From: an uncultured Alphaproteobacteria bacterium | GTDB lineage: Bacteria; Pseudomonadota; Alphaproteobacteria; Rhizobiales; Rhodomicrobiaceae | Reading direction: 5' to 3' | DNA length: 64,000 nucleotides | Assembly (NCBI GenBank): GCA_963727795.1 | Contig: CAVSHC010000011.1 | Location: forward strand, 903 to 64,902 | Shown: piece after piece, positions 1 through 9,290 of the stretch | Numbering within the stretch: position 1 is the stretch's first letter | Layout of the letters: every line of letters starts with the position of its first letter | Made by a program: the position numbers and the translations under genes | Notes under the pieces: model-generated | The model's input: the letters and a program-made list of their open reading frames with translations, nothing else | Told to the model about the DNA's origin: nothing | Databases searched by the model: none

Positions 1-6
1 GATAGC

Positions 7-15
7 TGTGGATAA
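7..15 (-). promoter_or_regulatory. Perfect DnaA-box 9-mer (TTATCCACA on - strand)
   Basis: TGTGGATAA at 7-15. It is a single site at the window edge, so function is uncertain. Confidence 0.3.
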
Positions 16-24
16 CGCATTTTC

Positions 25-123
25 GTGGGGACACATTGGGGGCATCGGCTCCAATCTCCTCAATAATTTAGCGAGTTATTTCAAGCGCTTCGCCTTCGGT
101 CGTAAATCCTGCAGCGCCCACCA
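25..123 (+). mobile_element. att-like remnant of a tRNA-integrated element (tRNA 3'-end fragment, probably tRNA-Val, plus arm-site-like words)
   Basis: CCTGCAGCGCCCACCA (108-123) reads as T-stem 3' strand + acceptor 3' strand + discriminator + CCA, with no tRNA 5' half upstream. It is preceded by GTGGGGACACATTGGGGGCAT, typical of tyrosine-integrase island ends. The Val assignment is from recalled alphaproteobacterial tRNA ends. Confidence 0.5.
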
Positions 124-605
124 GCTACCTCAAAGTTGAAGTAACCTCAAGCATTCAGCGCATTGATCAAGGGATTTCAACCGCTTGAAGCCCCACAACC
201 CAAGATTTTTGAAGCTTCAACTCTTAGGGGTGATGATAGGCATGTCAAAATCCGGCGCCCCCATGGCCCTCAAATTCCGATATGCGATCCACCGTTCGGC
301 GCACCAAGCCCTTCAAGAATTTCAATTCGGGCGGGCTCCACTCTGAACCTTGATTGGAAAATTGACCTTTTACCACCGCTTCCGGTCTTTCGATTGTCGA
401 GCGGCAGCTACCCGGATTAAGCCTCCGGAAACCTAAATCTTAGCGTTAAGTCTGCGGCGCGCTGGCGGCAGATCGCGCTTTTTTAACCGCCTTTAGCCCG
501 CCTGACGTATTCGGACGCCTGACTCAGCGGCAGGCGTTAGCCGAAATCCAGTTAGCCTCTTTGCATTTTGGCGCAGTTCACTCGCTCGGCGGCCCACTAA
601 ATGTC

Positions 606-841
606 TGTCCAGCCCGGAGACATAGGTCACGTTTTGTACCTAAGACATGGGTGACTTTCGAGAGATGCCGAACTCCCGGCAGAGATCGCTCATGCCCTCG
701 CCATCGAGAAGCCGAGCCACAAAACGAAGACGTTCCTCCATCGCCGAACACGCTTTCCACGGCATCAACACCCCCGCCAGAAAGCGAAAAGTGTTACCTA
801 TGTGTCCGGTACAAACTGTCACCTATGTCTCGGGTCGCTCA
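606..841 (-). mobile_element. Internally deleted IS481-family element (MITE-like, 236 bp)
   Basis: ~50-bp imperfect terminal inverted repeats, each with an internal doublet: TGTCCAGCCCGGAGACATAGGTCAC... at 606 and ...GTCACCTATGTCTCGGGTCGCTCA ending at 841. They flank a transposase 5' stub. Confidence 0.8.
640..765 (-). pseudogene. IS481-family transposase N-terminal stub (41 aa)
   Basis: MPWKACSAMEERLRFVARLLDGEGMSDLCREFGISRK matches the IS481 transposase HTH start, then runs directly into the terminal repeat. Confidence 0.8.
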
Positions 842-969
842 GTCCCCATCCGGCTGGCCGCGTAAGCGCCGGTTTCGCGGGCGATTTCCAGCTGTTCCAT
901 CCACAGCGTCCACAGTAATCCACTTGCAGTTCTCTTCTGTCCTTCGCTGCTATTGACCTGCTTCCCAAC

Positions 970-1246
970 GTGCCCCGGTTCATAAGGAGAGTCCGTTCTG
1001 GTTATGCCCCTTCGCGGGGCGGGTTGCAAACTCCGTTGGGGTGAGCCCGTCGAGGGTTGTGTGCCTGCGCTTCGTCGTGGCTGGCGTAGAAACCGTCGCC
1101 AACCGCCGCATTCATGGCGGCGCCCAGACCTGAAGTCTCAAATGTATGCGGACGCAGGAAGCCGTGGGCCGATAGGTCGCGGCTGCGCTGTGTAACCGGT
1201 GGCTCCGGCGAATTCCTGGCCAAATGAAAGCGTCCTGCGGGTCCGC
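970..1246 (+). ncRNA. Probable group II intron 5' fragment (domain I only; no RT ORF, no DV/DVI)
   Basis: Starts GTGCC (GUGYG-like). Nested hairpins GCCCC-TTCGC-GGGGC, GGGTT...AGCCC, TGGCG...CGCCA, CCGCC...GGCGG and AGAC-CTGAA-GTCT. A long-range helix GCGGACGCAGGA (1148-1159)/TCCTGCGGGTCCGC (1233-1246) encloses two more hairpins, then there is an abrupt switch to AT-rich DNA. Confidence 0.5.
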
Positions 1247-1414
1247 GCTCACAAGTCAATATTTCTTAAATTTTGATTAATGGGCCAGCATTTGCGTGGT
1301 AACCATTCAGCCAAGCTATCGTTGAAACACACTCAATAAGTTATAATCTGGTTTACCCTCCTGTTTTCCGGGGGCTATACTTGAAGTCGGGGACCAGCAA
1401 AGGAGTCGGGAGTT

Positions 1415-2014
1415 GTGGGGCGTAACGAGAAGCTAGAGAAAAAACTTGAGCGCGAATTGCTGGCATTGGCCGCGGACTTAGGGAGAATTCGCGAGCCCGG
1501 CCTCATGATGTTTGTGAAGTCATCCGTCATGACCAGGGAAACCACGATCCAGCGCATCATGGCGGTGAAGTCCGCGCGCTATCACTTCACGGCAATGGCC
1601 GAGAACGATCCGGCCCCACATTTCCGGCGTGTTCTCGTTGACGAGGCCTTGCGGAACCTCAACGACGGCGCGCCCAATTTGGCTTTTGAGGTTTTCCGCG
1701 TGCACTTCAAAGCCTGGAGGCTATGGCGACGCCTCATTGGCGAGGCGATGGAGAAGGCCACGGAAGAAGAGCAAGCTGCTCTTCGGTCTGCCCAGGACAG
1801 TATTTCGCCAACGGACGAAACCATGCGCGCGATGATTCAATTCGCCAAAGGGCGGCGAGCCGCCGAAAGAGACGCGCTCGGCGGCAAGGGTATCGCGGCG
1901 CATAGGCGTTTTCTGCAAGAGGGGGAACGACGCGGCTTTCAGGCGCAGATCGACGGCGCCAAGAAGCCTTTTGAGTTGTGGGCCTCGTGGCGCCACAAGC
2001 GTGCGCAAACCTGA
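1415..2014 (+). CDS. Hypothetical protein (199 aa, charged, probably helical)
   Basis: Long ORF with GTG start after an AGGAG/GGGAG-type RBS region and an AT-rich promoter-like stretch. No recognisable motif. Confidence 0.55.
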   Translation: MGRNEKLEKKLERELLALAADLGRIREPGLMMFVKSSVMTRETTIQRIMAVKSARYHFTAMAENDPAPHFRRVLVDEALRNLNDGAPNLAFEVFRVHFKAWRLWRRLIGEAMEKATEEEQAALRSAQDSISPTDETMRAMIQFAKGRRAAERDALGGKGIAAHRRFLQEGERRGFQAQIDGAKKPFELWASWRHKRAQT

Positions 2015-2124
2015 TCGGCGGCGAGGTGGAGCGGCCAGGATAGTTTTACTTTATTTTTTAGTTGAGACTTTCTGAAATCGGCTCCTATCTCTCCGGAAAA
2101 TTTCGAACCTCCGAGGGAACCAGG

Positions 2125-4195
2125 ATGCCAGGAAGGGTGGATTTTCGCGTCGAGGATGGCGTTGGCGTCGCATCGATTTCAAACCCGCCGGTGAACGCAC
2201 TCGGCATCGAGATCCGTCGCGGAGTGATGGCCGCGCTCGAAAAGTCGAGAAGGGACCCAGCCATCCAGGGCGTCATCCTGACGTCGGAGGGAAAGATTTT
2301 CAGCGGCGGGGCTGACATCGCTGAGTTCGATCGCCCTCCGATTGCTCCGATCCTGGCCGATGTCATCGCGGCCGTCGCTACTTTGGGCAAGCCCGTTGTC
2401 GCCGCCATGCAGGGAACGGCTCTCGGAGGCGCGGTCGAACTGGCGCTCGCTTGCACAGCGCGCATCGTAAGCCCCGGCGCTAGGCTGGGGCTGCCCGAGA
2501 TCAAGCTCGGCCTGATCCCGGGCGCCGGCGGCTCCCAGCGCCTCCCGCGCGCGATTGGCGCGGCGCCGGCCTTCGCCATGATGATCGAGGGCGATCCGAT
2601 ATCCGCGCGGCAAGCGTTAGATTGGGGCTTGTCGAGGGAATCGCCGAGGGAGACCTGATTGCCGCCGCGAAAACCAAAACGCTCGAACTTGCGTCCCGGC
2701 CGGCGTCCGCCGATGGCTCCGGCAGGCTGGCGCGCGAAGGCGAGCGCGCCGAGTTCGAGAAAGCCGCCGCGCGCGCCGCGAAGGAGCACGCGGGCAAGCC
2801 CAATATCGCGGCTTTGATCGAAGCGGTTCGCGCCGCCTTCGACAAACCGCTCCCGGAAGGTCTGGCCTTCGAGCGTCAGCTTTTCCTTAAACTGAGGGAC
2901 GATGAGCGCTCCACGGCTTTTCGTTACGCCTTCTTCGCGGAGCGCAAAGCGGGAAAGCTCAGGGACATGCCGCCCGAAACGGAGGCCCGGTCAATAACAC
3001 GCGCCGCCATCATCGGGGCCGGCACGATGGGAACCGGCATCGCGATCTGCTTCTTGAATGCCGGCATTCCCGTCACGCTGATCGAAGACAACCGGAACAC
3101 GCCCTCTCGAAAGGTTTCGATCGCATCAAGGCGATGCTTGACGATGGGGTGCGGCGCGGGAAATCGGCCCCGATGCGCGCGACAGACAGATCGCGCTTTT
3201 GAGCTCGAGTTTGAACCTTGAGGATGCCGCGGAAGCCGATCTCATCGTTGAGGCGGTCGTCGAGGACATGCAGGTCAAGAGGGAGATTTTTGCGAGGCTC
3301 GGCAGAATCGCAAAGCCGGGGGCGATCCTCGCGACGAACACCTCCTATCTCAACATCGACGAGATCGCCTCCGCGACCTGCCGGCCCGAACATGTGCTCG
3401 GCCTGCATTTCTTCAGCCCGGCGAATATCATGCGCCTCGTAGAGGTCGTCCGGGCGGAGAAAACGGCGTCGGAGGTTTTGAAAACGGCCGTCGACCTTGC
3501 GCGGAAGCTCGGCAAGGTTCCTGTCACAGTTGGCGTCTGCCATGGCTTCGCCGGCAACCGGATGCTCGCGCGGCGGCATCAGCAAGCGGAACGCCTTCTG
3601 ATCGAGGGCGCGCCGCCGCATCACATCGATGCGGCCATGGTGGAATTCGGCTTTCGCATGGGGCCGTTCGCCGTCGTCGATCTCGCCGGCCTCGACATCG
3701 GTTGGCGCATGCGCACGGCGACCGGCGCAAAGGCCGCCATCGCGGATGCGCTTTGCGAGCGCGGGCGGCTTCGGCCAGAAGACGGGCAAAGGCTACTACA
3801 TCTATTCCGAAGGCGCGCGCGAAGGCGTAGTGGACCCGGACGTTGAACGCTTGATCGAGGAGGTCTCCGCGACGCTCGGCGTGCAGCGCCGCGCAATTAC
3901 CGCCGCCGAAATCATCGAGCGCCTCATCTTCCCCATGGTGAATGAAGGCGCGCGCATCCTTAGCGAAGGCATTGCGGCGCGTGCCAGCGACATCGACGTG
4001 ATCTGGATGAACGGCTACGGATGGCCGGCCTGGCGGGGCGGCCCGATGTATTACGCAGATCGAGCGGGCCTGCCTTACGTGGTCGCGAGGCTTGAGACGT
4101 TTGCGGCGGCGGCCGGGGACGAAAGCCTGCTGCCTTCGCCTGTTCTGCGGGAGCTGGCGGAAGCCGGCCGCACATTCACCGAGGCTCACGCCTAA
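2125..4195 (+). pseudogene. Enoyl-CoA hydratase/3-hydroxyacyl-CoA dehydrogenase multifunctional enzyme (FadB/FadJ/PimF-like), four frameshifts (real decay or sequencing error)
   Basis: Crotonase motifs (NPPVNAL, FSGGADIAEF, GGAVELALAC, GLPEIKLGLIPGAGGSQRLPR), Rossmann GAGTMGTG, and HAD motifs ATNTS, GLHFFSPA, GFAGNR, GFGQKTGKGYY. These lie in different frames, with breaks at ~2625, ~3093, ~3162 and ~3770. Confidence 0.9.
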
Positions 4196-4278
4196 GAAAC
4201 GTTTTGCTGCGGGTCAGCGGGGGAGCGCAGCCGACAATTTCAATGAGCATGGTAATATGGAACCGCGCGAATCCTGCG

Positions 4279-4671
4279 TCAGCTCGGGGTCACCATCCGG
4301 CAGACTGCGACTGTGGCCTGGATCAGATCCCGCGGCAATGAAGGCTTGGTCAAGACTTTGGCTCTTGGCCAGTCGTTCTCGATCGCCGACGTATCCAGCA
4401 TTCCCGTGATGAAGACGATGCCCTTGCCTTTTTCATCAAGTATTCTTGCGATCGGAAAAGCGTCGCCACCCTTGAGCGTGACATCCAGCACTCCGCCATC
4501 GAGCTGCTCGGACTGTGCGAGCGACACGGCGCTCCGGACGCTCACAGCTGGCCCCACGATTTCCGCGCCAGCATCGCTAAGGGCGTCCGCAATATCGAGT
4601 ACAAGCAATGCATTGTCCTCGGCGACGAGTATACGGCAGCCGTCTAACGGCCTGCAAGCCGAACGGTCCAT
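4279..4671 (-). CDS. Single-domain response regulator (FAT GUY-like receiver)
   Basis: RILVAEDN...VLDVTL...FITG...VLTKP, with GGAGGA RBS before the ATG at 4671. Confidence 0.85.
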   Translation of the reverse strand: MDRSACRPLDGCRILVAEDNALLVLDIADALSDAGAEIVGPAVSVRSAVSLAQSEQLDGGVLDVTLKGGDAFPIARILDEKGKGIVFITGMLDTSAIENDWPRAKVLTKPSLPRDLIQATVAVCRMVTPS

Positions 4672-4852
4672 GGTTCCTCCCAAGCCCTTGATTTTAATTT
4701 ATTTTAGATCCAAGGGAAGGCGATGTTAGCGGCAGCCTTGCCTAAAATCAAGGCTGCAATTTCCGCGTGAATGGTAACGCTTGCTTTCACAGTCCTCCTT
4801 CTGCGCTGAATCAGCTAAGAACCACGGCCGATTGTCAAATTCGCTCCACGAG

Positions 4853-4985
4853 CAGGCCGCTGAAAAAGCCGGAAATCCTTGCTTCATCCTTCGACAAGCT
4901 CAGGATGAGGCCGAGCGATACCAACAGCTTGGACCTCATGGTGAGCTTTTCGAACCATGCGCCGCATGGTTTTTTCAGCATCCTC
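4853..4985. repeat. Repeat family A copy 1 (~130-bp MITE-like; CAGG..GCTGAAAAA termini enclosing a TTCGACAAGCTCA palindromic pair)
   Basis: Close copies at 29967-30072 (partial, reverse) and 43182-43313. This copy abuts the ChaN-like gene TAG stop. Confidence 0.8.
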
Positions 4986-6023
4986 CTAGCGTTCGCCAGC
5001 TTTCTTGGCCTTTTTCGCTTTCAGCTCTTTCTCCAGTTCGGCGCAGTGATCCGTCAGGTCCATTCTTGGCGTCAGATAAATGAAGTCGAAGGGTTGCTCC
5101 AGCCCTGGGGCCTTCTTCATGTAGGCCGATGGCTCAATGCGCTCGGGATCGACCTCGATAAAGGCGACCGAGACGACGGCGGCGTCCGGCAGCTTCCGGC
5201 GGATCGTGTGCGAAACGGCCCAGTCGTTGCGGACGTGTCCCGCTCCGGCGATCAAGACCGCACCTTCGCTCGCGTTTGCCTGCGTCATCGCGTTGGCGAG
5301 GGAGCCGTCCAGGGCGCGCTGCACGCGCAGCATGGGCTCCAACGCGGCGGCAGGCAGAAGATTGCAATGCCCGTCCTTGATCTCTTCGCCCTCCGCCTCG
5401 GCGATTTCCGGTTTCAGGGGCTCGGCAAGGTCGAAATCCTGGACGGCTTTTTCGAAGAGCGGCAGCGGCGCCTTTTTGGCGACCGCCTTTTGCGTGTCCG
5501 CGTCGAGCCCGCCCGCAAACAGGCGCAAGCCGGCCCCGAGCGCTGTCTCCGCAATGGGCTGGTAGATGATCCATTCGGGCCAGCCGTGCTCTTCCCATCG
5601 AAGTGCCTTTCCGAGCGCGCCGGCTGCGCCAGCGCCGCCTTGCGCGTGACGATCGAGTTCCGGCTGGAGGTTCGCAGGGACCATCTCGAAAACGACTGCG
5701 GGACGGCGGCCCTTTTTCACGAGCGCGGCGATGAGTTGAGCTTGCAACCGATGATGATCGGGATTGTCGTGGATCTCTCCGAGCAATACGAAGCGGGCTT
5801 TGGCCAAGGCGGTCTCAAGCTCGCCCGGCGTGACCTTTTGAAAGTCCGAGTTCCAGATCGTGCCGGCGAGAGGATGGTTCTGGAAATGCGGCGCAGCCCA
5901 CTTTTCCTCCGCGGCCACGGTATTTGGTGAAGGAAGGGGCGCGAGCGCCGCGACTGTGGCCAGGACAAGAAAGCCGGCCGGCGATGCAAGATTCCAAATC
6001 GCCGGGCCGCGCCCGTTCCTCAT
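4986..6023 (-). CDS. ChaN-family (haem-uptake/Tiki-like) exported protein
   Basis: Signal-peptide-like N-terminus. Motifs VLLGEIHDNPDHH, VVFEM, GHC and LIAGAGHVR. Confidence 0.8.
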   Translation of the reverse strand: MRNGRGPAIWNLASPAGFLVLATVAALAPLPSPNTVAAEEKWAAPHFQNHPLAGTIWNSDFQKVTPGELETALAKARFVLLGEIHDNPDHHRLQAQLIAALVKKGRRPAVVFEMVPANLQPELDRHAQGGAGAAGALGKALRWEEHGWPEWIIYQPIAETALGAGLRLFAGGLDADTQKAVAKKAPLPLFEKAVQDFDLAEPLKPEIAEAEGEEIKDGHCNLLPAAALEPMLRVQRALDGSLANAMTQANASEGAVLIAGAGHVRNDWAVSHTIRRKLPDAAVVSVAFIEVDPERIEPSAYMKKAPGLEQPFDFIYLTPRMDLTDHCAELEKELKAKKAKKAGER

Positions 6024-6261
6024 GCGCCTTATCGTTGTTTGACCGATCGTCTTCAATCCGCGCATTGCGCCGCTCTCAGGATGGAAGTGATGCCGAACTC
6101 CGCCCTTCAAGGCTCCCAATCTCTGCGCGTTGTCAAGCTGCGCCATCGTGCGTCCGGGGTTCGGCGGCGAAGCGGCTCCCTGCGAGACCTCTTCGGCGCG
6201 GCCGTCCGAGGCCGCACAAAGCCTCCGTCTGTCCTCTGAGGCGCCTGATTAAGAGATCATC

Positions 6262-7854
6262 TTACCGGCGGGCGACAACCTTGCATTCGTTGCCATTGAA
6301 AGATTTGCACTCGCTCAAAGCCGTCTCGTCGGCTTGTGAAGTGCTTGTATAGTTATACGAGTAGCCGCAGCCTCCGCTCTTTCCGGCTGCGAACGATCCG
6401 TGACGCTGCATGCGCAGCCATTTTTCCGCAGTCTTCTTGCACTCGGCGTCCAACTGCCAGTTTCCCTCGTCAGATTCGGTAATCCGGCATTCGGTTCCGC
6501 TCTTTTCGCATTCTTCCAATGCAGATTTCGTAGCCCCGGTTGGATTTATGTAATCGTACGACCAGCCACAACTGCCGTTGCGGGCTACGGCGAAGGCTCG
6601 GGCGGGTTCAAACTTCCGGAACTTTTCTAGCCCGGCCTTGCAGTCCTGGCTGAGTTCCCAGTCGCCTTGATCGACATCGTGTAGTCTACAATCGCCCGAG
6701 GCGCGCTCACAGACGACGAGCGCCTCGGTCTTGGCTTCTTCTAATTGCTTGCGGCCAGTTGATGACGCACACCACCCGCTTCGGGCGACGGCGAAGGCTT
6801 TTGCGGCCACTTCCGTTTTCCACTTGCTGTAGAAATCCTCGCAAGCAGGTTTGAGTGACCAATCACCCTCGGTAAGCTCAATAACCCGGCAGTCGCTGCC
6901 CCGAGCGTTGCATGCCTCCAGAGCCTTGTCTCGAGCAACCGACACTTTGAGAAGGTCGGAACTGGATCCGCAAACGGCGCCTTCGCTGTCGACAGCGAAA
7001 GCCCCAACGGCGGCCGATGACCGCCATTTTTTGAGTTGCTCACGGCATGCGGCTGTGAGTTGGACTTCAAATCCCGTCTTCTCACCATTCAGCCATAGCT
7101 CGATCTTCAGCCGCGAAAGCCGCTCGGGCTGCTGTGTGCCTTTGGTCGCCTTCTCCACCTCGGCGGTGACTTGTTTGAGCATCTGCTCCACTTCGAGCCC
7201 TTTTGTTTCGGCGTGCTTCAAAAACGCGGCCGTGAACGGGCTGTTGCGCCCGTCGCCGTCCTGCGCCTCCTGCCCGGGGGCGGCCGAATAAACCACCAGC
7301 ATATTACCCGCCGAAGCCTCGATGCGGCCCAGGCCCCGGCTCAAGGCTGGCGCGCGGCCTCGGCCTTTCAAGCTTTCACGGAGCCTGTCTGCAAGCGGAT
7401 TGCTGCGGCAGGCGTCGAGGATCACAATTCCGGCCTTGGCGGAGCTTTCCAGCGCAGTGACGATTTCTTGCGCCGCCACCGTTTCGCGCCGGATGGCGAA
7501 CTCGCTTTCGAGCTTGGCGTCCGTTGGCAAAAGATAGGCGCCACCTTCATATTGCAGGCCGTGGCCCGCATAATAGAACACGGCTATATCGGCGTCGCGT
7601 GCTTGTCCCATAAACTGGTCGATGGCCTTGACGAAGGCGGGGGCATCGGCGTCGAGCACAAGCGACGCATCGAAGCCGAGGCGCGTGAGCTTGGCGGCGA
7701 TATCGGTGGCGTCGTTGATGGGGTTGCCGAGCTTGCCGGCCGAAATGTAGGCGGAATTGCCGATGACGAGCGCAATTCGTTTTTCGGAGGCGGCGCCGGC
7801 AGTGGCGCCGAGGAAAAGAATTAGGATAGCAATCAAAGCGCGGGGCAGTGCCAT
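6262..7854 (-). CDS. Secreted caspase-family (peptidase C14) protein with four C-terminal Cys-rich repeats (DUF4189-like)
   Basis: Signal peptide, then RIALVIGNSAY, NPINDA, catalytic YYAGHG and ILDACR, YSAAPG and NSPFT. Four ~67-aa repeats with AFAV and four Cys each. Confidence 0.85.
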   Translation of the reverse strand: MALPRALIAILILFLGATAGAASEKRIALVIGNSAYISAGKLGNPINDATDIAAKLTRLGFDASLVLDADAPAFVKAIDQFMGQARDADIAVFYYAGHGLQYEGGAYLLPTDAKLESEFAIRRETVAAQEIVTALESSAKAGIVILDACRSNPLADRLRESLKGRGRAPALSRGLGRIEASAGNMLVVYSAAPGQEAQDGDGRNSPFTAAFLKHAETKGLEVEQMLKQVTAEVEKATKGTQQPERLSRLKIELWLNGEKTGFEVQLTAACREQLKKWRSSAAVGAFAVDSEGAVCGSSSDLLKVSVARDKALEACNARGSDCRVIELTEGDWSLKPACEDFYSKWKTEVAAKAFAVARSGWCASSTGRKQLEEAKTEALVVCERASGDCRLHDVDQGDWELSQDCKAGLEKFRKFEPARAFAVARNGSCGWSYDYINPTGATKSALEECEKSGTECRITESDEGNWQLDAECKKTAEKWLRMQRHGSFAAGKSGGCGYSYNYTSTSQADETALSECKSFNGNECKVVARR

Positions 7855-8196
7855 AATCTCGGCTTCCGTATCGTCTCTGGCGGCACCTTACCTATCGGGA
7901 TAGCTTTTGGGAATGTGGGGGCTTAGCGCGTTGCTTCCCAAGCAGATGCTTGTGACTATTTGGGTACATTTCGCAGACGGATCCGGACGGTTCGTCGCCG
8001 TCTGTTCGTTAGCGAAGCCATCCGCTTAGTATTCAAGTCCAAGATCGGTAATCGCGGGATTGAGCGCGCGTTCGCCAGAGGCTGAAGCGCGAGCCTCGCG
8101 CATTAACGCTTCACAGGGCCGGAACGATAAATTACCAATTAACGGCGGAGCGAAAAGCAGAACCAGAATTCCGGCGGAGGAAGCGCAGGCAGGCCG

Positions 8197-9267
8197 ATGA
8201 CAGAGGAAATCCAAGCCCGCCGCTGGGTCATGACCGCGGTTGGGGCGCCCTTGAGGAAAGAGCCTTTCGTGGCGCGGGCTGGCGCGGGCGAAGTCGTGAT
8301 CGCGGTCGCCGGATGCGGCCTTTGCCACACCGACCTCGGCTTTCTTTTCGATGGCGTGCGCACGAACCATCCGCTGCCGCTCACGCTCGGGCACGAAATC
8401 TCCGGACGCGTCGCCGCCGCCGGCGAAGGCGCGGAAGGCTGGCTTGGAAAGGCCGTCATCGTTCCGTCGGTCATGCCTTGCGGGGAGTGCGATGCGTGCC
8501 GGTGCGGCCTGTCGACCATCTGCCGGCGCCAAAAGATGCCGGGTAACGATATTCATGGCGGCTTCGCCTCTCATATCGTGGTCCCGGCCCGCGGTTTGTG
8601 CGTTGTCGATGAGCGCCGCCTCAGGAAAGCGGGCCTGAGCCTTGCTGACGTGTCCGTGGTCGCCGATGCAGTCACGACGCCTTATCAGGCGGTGCTTCGA
8701 GCAGGCGTTCGTCCCGGAGCCCTTGGCGTCGTCGTCGGCGTTGGGGGAATCGGCGGCTTTGCGGCGCAGATCGCCAAGGCGGCCGGGGCGACCGTCGTCG
8801 CCATCGACGTGGACGCCAAAAAGCTGGAAATCATGGACGGGGGAACGGCGGCCCTCACGCTGAACGCCCGCGACCACGATCAGAAGGCGTTGAAAGCTCG
8901 CATCGTCGAGTTCTGCAAGGCTCACGGCCTGCCACTGACCGAGTGGTTCATCTTCGAGTGCTCTGGGACGGCGGCGGGGCAGTTGACTGCGTTCGGCCTG
9001 CTGACCCATGGCGCGACGCTGAGCATTGTCGGCTTCACGATGGATCGCATCGAGGTCCGGCTTTCCAACCTCATGGCATACGACGCCCGCGCCATCGGCA
9101 ACTGGGGCTGTCCGCCCGAGTTCTACCCGGCGGCCCTCGGTCTGGCGCTCGACCGTCGCATCGAGCTTGCCGCTTTCGTCGAGAAGCATCCGCTGGACGA
9201 AATCGAGCGCGTGATCGCGGACGCCCGCGGGCGCCGGCTCACGCGCCGCGCCATCCTCGTTCCCTGA
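8197..9267 (+). CDS. had: 6-hydroxycyclohex-1-ene-1-carbonyl-CoA dehydrogenase
   Basis: Zn-MDR motifs CGLCHTD, GHE and [15 protein letters not shown]. The signature [16 protein letters not shown] and the operon context fit. Confidence 0.9.
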   Translation: MTEEIQARRWVMTAVGAPLRKEPFVARAGAGEVVIAVAGCGLCHTDLGFLFDGVRTNHPLPLTLGHEISGRVAAAGEGAEGWLGKAVIVPSVMPCGECDACRCGLSTICRRQKMPGNDIHGGFASHIVVPARGLCVVDERRLRKAGLSLADVSVVADAVTTPYQAVLRAGVRPGALGVVVGVGGIGGFAAQIAKAAGATVVAIDVDAKKLEIMDGGTAALTLNARDHDQKALKARIVEFCKAHGLPLTEWFIFECSGTAAGQLTAFGLLTHGATLSIVGFTMDRIEVRLSNLMAYDARAIGNWGCPPEFYPAALGLALDRRIELAAFVEKHPLDEIERVIADARGRRLTRRAILVP

Positions 9268-9290
9268 CCGATTATTGTTGGAGCCGTTTC

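Noticed and set aside
163-560. Short ORF 163-420 and adjacent DNA as a possible gene
   Set aside because: No motif, atypical codon usage, and it lies in mobile debris. I cannot support a CDS.
970-1246. Structured RNA as tmRNA, RNase P RNA, 6S RNA or retron msr-msd
   Set aside because: It has no tRNA-like ends or tag ORF, no GAGGAAAGUCC motif and no adjacent RT gene. A group II domain I fits better.
7900-8110. TTTGGGAAT/TTGGGTACAT words and palindromes upstream of had as a second att site or an AadR/FNR box
   Set aside because: No tRNA fragment or direct-repeat partner, and no TTGAT-N4-ATCAA match was found.
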